Below are positions 1 to 10,171 of a DNA stretch of 33,451 nt, one piece after another. The position numbers were made by a program, and so were the translations under genes. The notes beneath the pieces were generated by a model that had not been told where the DNA came from, ran no database searches, and saw only the letters and a list, made by a program, of their open reading frames with translations. The DNA comes from Perkinsus chesapeaki ATCC PRA-425 (taxonomy: Eukaryota > Protista > Perkinsozoa), in contig JAAPAO010000392.1 in the NCBI GenBank assembly GCA_013115145.1, forward strand, positions 1 to 33,451, read 5' to 3'. Numbering within the stretch: the stretch's first letter is position 1; the number at the start of each line of letters is the position of its first letter.

Positions 1-160
1 ATATACCCTGGGAGGTGGTTTAGTAACTTCAATATACCCTGGGAGGTGGTTTAGTAACTTCAATATACCCTGGGAGGTGGTTTAGTAACTTCAATATACC
101 CTGGGAGGTGGTTTAGTAACTTCAATATACCCTGGGAGGTGGTTTAGGAACTTCAATATA
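1..160. repeat. 31-bp tandem repeat (minisatellite), 5 full copies plus 5 nt, possibly continuing beyond the window start
   Basis: Unit ATATACCCTGGGAGGTGGTTTAGTAACTTCA starts at 1, 32, 63, 94 and 125. The last copy has one T>G change. There are no spacers. Confidence 0.97.
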
Positions 161-1296
161 TCTTAACGTAATCTCGTTCGCCCGTCGAAATTGAAGTTAC
201 TAATGTCGAAATAGGCGTTGAAAAGGTGTAGACACGTAAAGGCGGGGACTGAGACGAGTAATCGGGTCGTAGGTGATGATGGCTCAGCTGGGAATGGTCA
301 TTCAGACCAGAGTAAAGCCTAACGATAATGTGCTATTATTGCTATGAGGTCTATTTCACATTTAGTAAAGGCAAGCTTGAAAATGCTCGATATAGGTCAC
401 AATGCATTTCCATATCAGCAGGTTCTGCAGAATTGCCCGTACATGGGCGCACCCTTTACATTCTTCCATGAGCAGTTTTTGATCTATTTCCACCGAGTGT
501 GGGATAGTCCTCAGAATGTTAAAACGCATATCCCTTCGCTTTAACCGTGCAGTTCTTTGCAGGTTAAAATGTCACGTGAATATCAAAAGATAAACTTGGA
601 CCAATCCAAGCCGTCCCTGTCACCATACAGTTGTACTTCCTGTTGTGATGGCGCAGACCACCGGTATGGCAGCTCTATCAGAGGAGATATACTCTATGAT
701 ATCCCTCTTCCTCACAGCCGACGATACATTCACTCTCTCATACGCTTGTACCCACACGTAAGCTCTCTTTACTAACACCAGTACTGCCTGGTGCTGCCAA
801 TCAGTTACATCTGCCTGTCCAGAGACAACTCCGCAGTGTGGCGCAAGTTCCTAGAGCCAGGCATGTAACTCCTACTCGGTCCCAGTGGAGCCGTAGCCTC
901 CGCCTCAGATACCAGATCAGACCTCAAGCAGCTACAACCTGCTCGAAGGCTCTCCTTGCTGATCCAAGCAACTATAGACTTGTAGTGGCAGCTCTCGCCC
1001 GCTCCGATTGGCGGTATAGGAAGGCAACACTTGGGAAATTCCTGGACAAGTAAGCCTGTTCATTGCTTGTTCAAAAATACCATTGTCAGTACTAGTCATA
1101 TAGTGTGATGCATGGTAGACTCTTGTGGATATCTCCTTCATCTCTGGAAGTCACTGCACGGTTAGATTAACTATGTTTTTTAGGGGGCAATTCAAACGCA
1201 GATTTTACCCCACCACTTGGCGAAAGCGTCTCCTCCTACGAGTAGATCCGACAATCCTAAAGGATTTCTCGGCACGACACCACGCGATCGATCCAT
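153..1296 (-). CDS. hypothetical multi-exon protein, boundaries approximate
   Basis: Protein-like minus-strand open segments are separated by GT..AG gaps: MDRSRGVVPRNPLGLSDLLVGGDAFAKWW, YVWVQAYERVNVSSAVRKRDIIEY, RFNILRTIPHSVEIDQKLLMEECKGCAHVRAIL, and a last exon ending STGERDYVKIY with TGA at 155-153. No family recognised. Confidence 0.4.
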
Positions 1297-1400
1297 GTGT
1301 CCGTCGGCCTTCTCAAAGAGCAGTGGCGGTTGTTCCTGAAGGCAGGGGTGCAACTGCTACTCTCGTGTCGAGGCTTGCGCTGAGAGGAGACATCGGTTCC

Positions 1401-2104
1401 ATGCAGCGAACTTTGAAACGGGTTGGGCACCAACTCGGTAACGAGGACAGAGTTGCGGCGATCCAAGGCGCACTGGCGACTGAGAGACTCACCACAGAGA
1501 TGGCGACTTGTGTAGTATTGGGGGGACCTGGAGTGGGAAGTTGCACGTCTAGCAATAAAGTGAGTTGCCACACCAGCGACGGTTCTCGAAATAGCTAATG
1601 GGCTAGAAGGTCCGTAAGAGCTTCCGACTACCTTGCATGTCTTACTGGTTAAGTTTTTCGCTGAGGTTCGATGAGGTCCATTTGCGCAACCATGCCGCTG
1701 TGGTGCATATGTAGGTATCTATGCTACTAGATGGCCGATCAGCATCGGCAATTGCGGACTGGTCCTCTCCATCTGGAGACACTGGCTTGCACATTGCCGC
1801 ACGATGTGGACAGTTGTTACTCATAAACCGGATAATGGCAAACTTGCATGATGCAGGCAATTCTATTTTCATTGAATCCCTTATCCTGAGCCCCTCAGGT
1901 CGGCGGTCCGCCTTTGCTAGCCGGAGGAATCTTCTTGGGGAGACTGCTGTCCACGTTGCAGTCGACTTCAAGCAGTCAGCGATAGCGCTGAGCCTGGTAG
2001 ACCAGTACGGCTGCAATCCTAGGATTTCGGACCAAGCTGGCCGGAGTGTTGCGGCCCTGGTCTCTGCATTGCGATCCAAAAATGCTGCCACGAATAATAA
2101 TTAG
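1401..2104 (+). CDS. ankyrin-repeat protein (core 1715-2104; 5' exons uncertain)
   Basis: Two ankyrin-type motifs, GDTGLHIAARCGQLLLINRIM and GETAVHVAVDFKQSAIALSLV, followed by GCNPRISDQAGRS. The 1401 start is a guess. Confidence 0.7.
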
Positions 2105-2188
2105 TTTCGACCAGAAGGCATCTTGTTGATTGGGAGGGCAGTTAGATCGTCTCGCGTGCAGTTTTTTTCTCTAGAGTGTGACCCCTCA

Positions 2189-2798
2189 ATGCTATACAGG
2201 GTTGCTATCTTAACTCTAGCGGCTGTCGCCGGGATCGGACTGGCCGTTTACTCACTCTATGTCGAAGCGATGGTGAGATCGTCGTACCAGATTGCAGCAC
2301 GGCGTTCGATTTCTTCGGCTACGTCCAATTCGCTTAAGCGCTAAGCTCACTTAGATACATTCTATCCCCGGTTACCAAGCGGCCTGCGACATTAGTTATT
2401 GGTCCAGCTGCAGTAAAGTCTTCACATCTTCTTACTCAAGGATTCTGGTTCACTGGGGTATAACTGAGCCGGGCGGACATCTGGATTTGTCACTACCGAT
2501 GCTGGGTAAGGTTCGGAAGTATCCCTCTGTTCAATTCCACATTTCAGCCGTACCGTACTTCATGCTGATTCTTTCGTATCCCGGCATGAGGCGTAATGGA
2601 CTTTCCACTAGGCGAGTGTATTTGGCGATAGGATGCGTGGCTGCCTTGTTCAACATTTACTTGGCAATGGTGCTGAAATTCGTGCTGCAAGAATTCTGTG
2701 TCGTCTGCTTCGGCAACTACATTGTGAATGCGATCATATTTGTGTGTTTGGTGATTGACACAAAAGCTGCATGCGGGCCTAAGGTTAAGAAAGTTTGA
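2189..2798 (+). CDS. VKORC1: vitamin K epoxide reductase (VKORC1-like), 3 exons: 2189-2272, 2355-2505, 2548-2798
   Basis: The spliced protein has an N-terminal TM helix (GIGLAVYSLYVE), loop cysteines in YQAACDISYWSSCSKVFTSSY and an active-site CXXC in EFCVVCFGNY. Both introns are GT-AG and keep the frame. Confidence 0.9.
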
Positions 2799-2941
2799 GG
2801 TTTCGTTGTCGAATGGGAGTTGTGTTTGAGATAGTCGGGACTGTATATAAATTTCACAATTTCGGGTCTGGTAACCTCACGAGAAAGGGAGAATAGATGC
2901 ATGCTTCGGAGCACGCGATCAGAATCTACCGCTTAGTATCA

Positions 2942-3014
2942 GGGGGACTAGCTCAAATGGTAGAGCGCTCGCTTAGCAAGCGAGAGGCACCGGGATCGAT
3001 GCCCGGGTTCTCCA
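2942..3014 (+). tRNA. tRNA-Ala, anticodon AGC (IGC)
   Basis: 73-nt cloverleaf: acceptor stem GGGGGAC/GTTCTCC with the G3:U70 Ala determinant, D-arm GCTC/GAGC, anticodon arm CTCGC-TTAGCAA-GCGAG, T-arm CCGGG-ATCGATG-CCCGG and discriminator A. Confidence 0.96.
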
Positions 3015-3020
3015 TTTTTT
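3015..3020 (+). terminator. RNA polymerase III terminator (T6) of tRNA-Ala
   Basis: TTTTTT lies immediately after the tRNA discriminator base. Confidence 0.8.
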
Positions 3021-3171
3021 CACCCATAAACTTATAAACCCAACATTGCCTGGCACGCTGGTACAATATTTAAACACAAATATTCAGCAGATGCATATGC
3101 ATATATGCAGCCACGGCACGAATCACCAGAGCTGAGTAGCGCGTCATGTGGCTAGAATGCGATGTTCCACA

Positions 3172-3792
3172 TCAAAAGTGCAGCACTTTAAGTGCTTGAA
3201 GTGAGGCTTGTGCATTGAGCTCCTCAATCATATCCCGACTGTGGTGAACCAGTATGGTACAGGCAGTTTGACAACACAACTTATTGAGACTGAGTAGGTT
3301 GTTGGTCACTCGGGGATGGATCACAGTCCAGTGGAGACGAACCCGTATCCAAGTCACTTGTCGCGGATGGCGTTGAAAGGCGGCATTCTGTGTCCATATT
3401 ATCGCGTTTTGGCTCTTCCTCTTCTTGTAGGACAGTAGATGGAGGCTGCTGGCATTCTGGGGCATCGTCCACTTTGCCGAGGAAGGCACAAGCTTGTTCC
3501 GAGCTCATCGATGGCCGACTTCTCTTCCTCTGCGTTCTTGGGCATGGACCGCCACCAACCAATCCCATCCATTCCGCCACACGGAACATCATGCAGTATC
3601 GAGGATTGAACATATCATACCCAGCGTCTTCGACGCCCCCGCAAGTCCGATTTCGGAAAAACTGAGGTGCGGAGATTGGCATTGGGAGCCACCGAGTTGT
3701 AATCCTGTCAGAGAATCGGAATTAAGTCCCCCAGGCGGTTTATGACCAACACGACAAAGTGGCGCCCAGGAGACACGAGCAACAACCGACAT
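3172..3792 (-). CDS. possible hypothetical spliced gene between the tRNA and TMTC
   Basis: ATG at 3792 (MSVVARVSWAPLCR), several long minus-strand open frames and candidate GT/AG sites. No consistent gene model or family found. Confidence 0.3.
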
Positions 3793-3824
3793 GGTAATAC
3801 CATGATGGTATGATCGGGATTGCG

Positions 3825-6800
3825 CTATCCTGCCGGTACGAACTCCCATGTACCTGACAGCGAGTACGACATTCAGAATGAGAAGAATTGTGGCACTTAC
3901 AATCAGACGACGATCTAACCAGATCGTCAGGTGTAATGTCAGGCATTATCTCGGCTATCTTATTCTCGGCAGATCTGGCCAACTTAACGTTATTGGTCAG
4001 CCTAAAGGCCATAACCTCTTCATGACCAGCCTGCAGGAAGCTGCATCTACTTCGCAAGAAACAGCATATTTTGCCAGTAAAGCGGGTTCTGTATCGAAGA
4101 CGCTTCACTGAGCTGTATCGCCTGACTCACGTAATGTGCAGCTCGATCAACTGCATCTACGAAATGATAGGTTAGCTGGGGATGCGCACCATAGTCGACA
4201 CGGTACCATGTTGAGATCGTGCGTTGCCTCCAGAGTACTCAATTCCCAGCGTAGCGCAAGCAAAGTTATTGAGTCCCTTCGGGAAGTCTGGATTCATCGT
4301 GAGAGCCATGGTAAGGTACTCCATGGCAAGGTTCACTTTGCCTATGATCCGGTAACCGATCATGCTCAAGTGCTGTTGCGAGCTTGTTTACCATTCTGGT
4401 ATAAGGCGACTGCGGTATCATGGAATATTTCCTCGTCCTTAACCATAAGACTGGCACCGAACTTCGTCGTTGCTTCCATCAGCCATTGCTCTGCTACGCC
4501 AAAGTTCCCTCGGAGAATCTCTATTTGGCCAATTCTCCAGTACCTATCTCGCGCCTTGGGTTAGACAACCGCGGTGGAATTACGGAAGGCCGCTCATCGG
4601 ATCGGCTAGAGCGCAGCGCACCAGCGCGCCGACTGCTTCATCCCATTTTTGTTGTTGCATGTACGTTATACCGAGATTGAACTGATGCCGAAGCAATGGG
4701 AAACTCTCCCCTTCGCATCGGTACCTGTGTTTTGGCCGAAGCAGGTTGCCGTTCACCATCCACAACAAACAGCACCTACACAGTTTGAAAAGCACAGTTC
4801 TATATGCGCTGCACCCTCACATCGGGATCGCTCCATTCCAGGACTCGCAGAAAGGTACGAGTGCAGAACAGGGGGATGACTAGGAAAACAGTCAGACCGA
4901 GTAACATCTGGCACGGAGAGGTGCGGAATGCACTGTACTATGCGGCCGTCCAACCTACCATGACGCGCGTTCCGGGGAGCACAGTAACTCGCCGATTGGC
5001 GATTCTTCGGCTGGTGCTCCGTGATATTTTCTGACCCTTCATGATGCTACTGGTGCTAGCTGAAATCGCCCCGTGAAATGCGCATCACTCGCTGCTTTGT
5101 AGAGCGCCCCAGGTTTCCAGAATCCACAAGAGAATAGTGCCCCGCGGAGTCGCTGCTATTGTTACCTGCTCGGGCTTTGAGTCCTAATGATATATGGGTT
5201 TTTGCCGGCGACGTATTAGAAATGATGCCCTAGATGAAGTGCTCCAGTGCGGCTCTTCGTATCGCTCTTACTGGTTCTAGAACTGCTCCGCGATGACTAC
5301 ACGAAGATTCTAACAGCGTCACAATCAACATGATGAAGCCTATTGATGGGATATACAGCAGGCGCTCTCCGATGACTGTTCCCACGGGGAACATAACGTT
5401 AGAAGCTGGGAACTGCACAAAGGTTGTTAGCTCGTGGTAGGGTATGGACAAGCGGGACGACGCGGGTTACCATGGAATCGCAAAGAAGGCGCGTTCTTAC
5501 CCAGGTGACTATGAGGATTGCGAGGCCGGTCAGGATATTCTTTCCCCTCAATCGTTGGTCCTGATTGCTCTGCTGTGTCCCGAGACATGTTATAAGGCGC
5601 AGGCCAGCCGCCAGTATGCAGGCGATGAGTAACTAGCGAGTCGTTGCTGAGCACCACTATTGCAGACACTGCTCTTGATAGCTCACGTATGCTGCTAATG
5701 GTAGCAGTAGTCGACAATCTTCAAGAGAGTGCAGCATCGGTATGGCATTCAAAGAATAATCATAGCACAGATACATTGGGAATACCAACAGCTTTACATA
5801 TTGGCCATGGATGAAAGCGTACCTTCAAGCTGCTCTGGGACTAAGCCTCACAATGCATCGCGCGTCTCACGTAAGCATTCTGGTAACTTTGTCTGTCTCG
5901 AATTGAACAGGATTATCTTGGGGTGACATGTTAACTCCAGTGCCTATGTACCCAGCTATGGTACAATATCATTTATACCCCAGCCTACCCCCAGTGTGTG
6001 AGTAGCGCCAGAAGAAGCATGCGGTAGCTACAAAGCAGACCTAGATGAGCATCACCGGCAATGTGACCCACTCGTCAACGCTTACCATGGTTATTCTCTG
6101 GCCAGCTCTCGAGTAGCTAATGGCTCGTAAGTCCCATCGAGCGCACCAAACGTGCAACAGTTCGATACCCACTAGTATCGGAAGAGCCTAACAGGTCCTG
6201 TAAGCTCTCGCGTGGCCACTGGTAGATACCATACCGTGAAGCCTGCCTCCTTAGAGAGTCCACCGGCCACGGCAAGGAGGCAGGCTACTAGGCAACCGCT
6301 CATCATGATTACCCAATGGGGACCCTCGTCGCTCCCGCTAGTTCCCGAGGTAGGCTGAAATCGGTGGCTCGCTTGCCTCAACCTGGCTGTATAGCGTTAC
6401 CTTGTTATTGTGGCCTGCAGCCTGTACATAAATGACAAAGGATAGTATGACGAAAAGTGCGCCTAGGATGTCCGCTCGACACACAAGGTATCTGACCGCG
6501 GTGTCTACCTCCGGGCACGAGGGCCCTGGAATTACAGTAGATTCTCAGTGTGGATTGGATGACATGCGAACAAGGCAGCTCCAGTGACACTAAGGATCGT
6601 CGGAGCCCTCAATACGGTTGTACAGAGGGGCACCTGCTATCGACCGTGGCCCACTAGGATTGAAGTGGTATCTCGTACCATGAGGAAGCTGACGACCATA
6701 TGAATGAGAAGATTGGTTATATGGAAGCCTGAGGATTCCAGTCCATGCAGGAGATAGTTCCAACGATAACTAAACGACGATACTGGGCGAGATTCGCGGG

Positions 6801-7584
6801 TGCGGACTGTGGTACGTTATGGTTGTTATAGGGCGGAAGGACTTATGAGTCCAGCCACCATCGAACATGTTGAGGCCCCAGAAGTCGCGGCTATTGAGGT
6901 CGGCCCAGCTCACTGATTCACCCACAACATTTGGGTTGCGCACCTGTGCGGTTGGTATGATTAGCTGGGGCAGGCAGCTGCAGCCGGCTTACTATTGCGA
7001 CTGAGTCGTCCATGATGAATCCTTTATAGGTCAGCATGGGTAGGTAAGGCATTAAGCACAGCACCTACTCACTCCGCAGAGGACGGTGCGACTACTCGGT
7101 ATCGTTACTATGAAGGCAATCGAGATTTGCCTTCTCCACGCAGACGTCAAGGCTGGTTCGAACAGTCCGCGCCACAAGGCTCGTGCGAGTGGCGCGAAGA
7201 CGATGGATAGTGTACCTCTCAATGAGAGGATTATCTAGATTATCAGTTGTAGTGTTCTCACGTGTTATGTGGCTCGGCACACTGCAAAAGTTCCAAGGCC
7301 CGGAACTCGATATTCGAGGAGGGGCACTTACTGACGGACAGTGAGTTCCTTACAACCGTTACCATAAGCCTACCTAACACGTATCCATCAGGGTCCTCGT
7401 CGGATGAAGAGGGCCTTTGGGAGCTTTCCGATTGCTCCACCGATTCCTCGGGATGGATTTCGGCAGCCCTTTGGACCTACCAGGTGAATGTTGTTGAATA
7501 TGGCGAGGCACGTCTCACAGGCTGTTCGCTGTCCCTTTGGAGCAATTCCTCGTGGCTTGGGAGCTTTGGACGAACCTCCTTCAT
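3825..7584 (-). CDS. TMTC: TMTC-family protein O-mannosyltransferase (GT-C membrane domain plus C-terminal TPRs), many introns
   Basis: Exons read FIMDDSVAI, DFWGLNMFDGGWTHKSFRPITT, GFHITNLLIH, HPIHTENLL/YLVCRADILG, GLSKEAGFT and NVMFPVGTVIGERLLYIPSIGF. TPR segments are NLGITYMQQQKWDEAVGALVRC and LAMEYLTMALTMNPDFPKGLNNFAC. Start MKEVRPK (7584) and stop after TWEFVPAG (3825) are best guesses. Confidence 0.88.
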
Positions 7585-7668
7585 CCTAAACAACGGCAAA
7601 GCAAGCTCCAAGGTAAGTTGCTAACGATGATGAGTGTGTGAATTATCCCAGCGTAACCACGTTGTTAC

Positions 7669-9335
7669 ATGTGTAAAAACGTCGGTATGTGGCGCAAGTT
7701 TGGAAATAGATGCAGCGAAACTCGTGATTCCTCTTTATGACCTCCGCAGGACAACCAGACGGTCTTGCCGGTGTAGTTGCTGGTGTATCGGCAATCTGCA
7801 CCGTTGGGCTCGGCAGTGGTCTTAACTACCGGGGATATAATGTAAAGGATTTAACCGACAAAACAGAGACCTTCGAGGAAGTCGCGTAAGGCAGGCTCGC
7901 CCGGTTGAATGGAATATCCCTGTGTAGATATCTTCTATTGAGAGGCAAGCTGCCGACTCGGCCTCAGCTTGATGCATACCTCACTCGCCAAGGAGCGGCC
8001 CGGCAGCTCAGCCCCAATATGGCAACTGTCCTCGAGATGCTCCCTAAAGACACTCACCCGATGGATGTAGTCAGTCGACGACTTGGCAGTGGGGAATCAA
8101 TGCCGTATTTAGGTGCTGCGGGTTTCGGTATCTCTGATTGGGTGCTTGGAGCCCGAACCCGAAGACCCAGATGTCAGGGTCCGGGACAACACAGCAGTGG
8201 AGGTTGCGGAGAAGCTCATGGCTGTTCTCCCATGCGCTGTGCTGTAAGGGGCAGTCCAGTGTCTCCTAATAGGGTTTCCTTGTCAGGTACTGGTTTCATT
8301 ACTCCCATTACGGCAGAAGGATCGATGTTACTACCAGCAAACGGAACCCACAGGAGACCATGGCCGCCCACTTCCTGCGCTTGCTTCATCAGACTGGCTA
8401 CGATTCGCCGCCCGATAGAGACATGATAAGTGGGAAATCTGCCAAGTTGACCTTCGTATCCATTTTGGTAGGAACTTTGGACAAATCTTTCATTTGCTAC
8501 GCTGAACATGACTACAATGCTTCCACATTTGCGGCTAGGGTCACAACAGCAACCCTCAGCGATGCCTACTCGGCCTTCACCACGGCAATCGGTGAGGTCC
8601 TACCAATGGTCCATTCCCTGTAGTGGTATCTGTACAGGAACTCTGCGGGGCCCCCTGCATGGTGGGGCGAATGAGGCCACTATGGAGCTGCTGTCTACAT
8701 TCGAGGGACCGGAGGATGCTGAGTGGAAGCTTCGTGAAATGTTCAGAAGCAAGAAGTTGGTCATGGGCTTCGGACACAGAATGTGATGAGCTCGCCATTT
8801 ATAACTGAGGAGTAGCTAGTGGTGTCAGATACAAGACCGGCGACCCCCGATCGCTTATTATGGAGGAATGCTCACGGGCATTGTCCCATAAGCCCGGGAG
8901 GACTACCCTGTTATTTAATATATCCAAGAAGGTAGAAGAGGTTATGAAGTCGGAGAAAGGCATGTACCCCAACGCTGACTTTTACAGCGCATCAGCTTAC
9001 CACTACTGTGGGGTAATAGCTTACCATTATTGAGATTGTAAAGCTGCTTACGGAAGGTGCCAACTCCACTCTTCACGCCATTATTCGTATTCTCGAGGAT
9101 CACAGGATGGACAGCGCATATTGTGGAGCAGAGGGCTAACAACAAGCTTATTAGACCGACGTCAAAGTAAGATACAAACTAGGTTATCTGGGTAACCAGT
9201 ATGGTCAGATACTGTGGTCCAGAGCCGAACCAGACGGTTGTGCTGATAGATGAACGTCGAGAAGATGGCGATTCAGCTTGTAGTGCGGCGGAGTCGACAA
9301 CAGGGGACTCACGATCGAGCCGAAGTCGCTTATAA
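7669..9335 (+). CDS. prpC: 2-methylcitrate synthase / citrate synthase, PrpC-like, about 9 introns
   Basis: The spliced protein has AGVVAGVSAICTVG..GLNYRGY, CYAEHDYNASTFAARV, GPLHGGANEA (His), MGFGHR (His), YPNADFYSASAYH (Asp) and TGWTAHIVEQRANNKLIRPTSKYCGP. The short N-terminus and these motifs match the bacterial-type PrpC subgroup. Confidence 0.88.
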
Positions 9336-9568
9336 TAGGAGTAACAGTCGTCGCCTTCTTGATTGTCGTCCGTGGGATTCGAACGTGCGACCTGCCGGGG
9401 TGGGCCGACTAATGCTTTTCTCGTCTCAGGATGGAACACCCACCCGGTGATGTCATTTTACCATCCCATCTTTTAACGCATCTTGAACGATTTGTGGTCC
9501 TTTAAGTTTCATATCCCTCAACAGTGTTGCTGTTGTCAAGTTTTCTATAGGGCAGGGAGAGTCTTACG

Positions 9569-9945
9569 ATGGAATTCGACATCGAGATGGGAGGCAACGG
9601 CGGTGAAGTTGAGACCGTACAAAGTTCAGCCCGCAGCACCTCCTCCCTATCAGTGAGTTCTGTTCTTCCACAAACATAAAGCCTTCGCTCGTCAGTTACA
9701 ATGTGCATTGTTTTTCTTCTGGGTCGGCGGATGGGGCATCTGCGATACTATGGTCAATCTCATATCCAGAAGCCCCTACTTCCAGATAGGTACCCTCTGA
9801 TCATCGCTGTAGCATCTGAGCTTTCTTAGTCATATACATCGGTTACTTGCTTCTCGGCCTTGCACTCGTATGGCATCATAACCGGAAGACATCCAATGGG
9901 CATCTTTCATTTACGGAGATGATAGTGGCGGCAGCGACGGAGTGA
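9569..9945 (+). CDS. small ~97-aa two-TM membrane protein, exons 9569-9652, 9696-9789, 9830-9945
   Basis: Two GT-AG introns of 43 and 40 nt join three frames into one ORF with hydrophobic segments LQCALFFFWVGGWGICD and IVIYIGYLLLGLALVW. A TTTTCTATAG acceptor lies 18 nt upstream of the ATG. Confidence 0.7.
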
Positions 9946-10171
9946 TGAGTTTATGTAAATGCTGCCTTTGTTCTATCATTTATCCTGTCCCCCTCTCAGC
10001 ATTATCGCTTCCTGTCATCTCTCAGACACCACTGTAACCTTGGGATTCCCGTCACCTTCGAAGGCCTTGTGGTGGTCGGCAACAGTACACTGAAATCACT
10101 TTTCCTTCATCGTAACTTGTTCGGGTCTGGTTCGCCTTGTCCGAACGGCAAGTTATTAATTGTATTATAAC

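Noticed and set aside
1-160. CRISPR array or telomere
   Set aside because: The repeats abut with no spacers and there are no cas genes. The unit is 31 bp, not a short telomeric repeat, and the G-rich strand is in the wrong orientation for a left chromosome end.
1257-1638. Minus-strand ORFs suggesting a presequence-bearing start at 1638
   Set aside because: They would overlap the probable 5' exons of the ankyrin gene on the other strand. A start at 1296 is more parsimonious, but this is unresolved.
1700-1714. Apparent 12-15 nt micro-intron in the ankyrin gene
   Set aside because: Ordinary introns (39 nt from 1676, or a longer one from ~1560) reach the same acceptor in frame.
7905-8426. 173-aa ORF-track protein read as a single product
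   Set aside because: Only the first part is a prpC exon. The rest is intron and out-of-frame read-through.
9362-9390. tRNA-like 3' end on the minus strand (GTTCGAATCCCACGGACGACA, B-box-like)
   Set aside because: The 5' side of the T-stem does not pair, and no D-arm, anticodon arm or acceptor partner can be built. At most a fragment.
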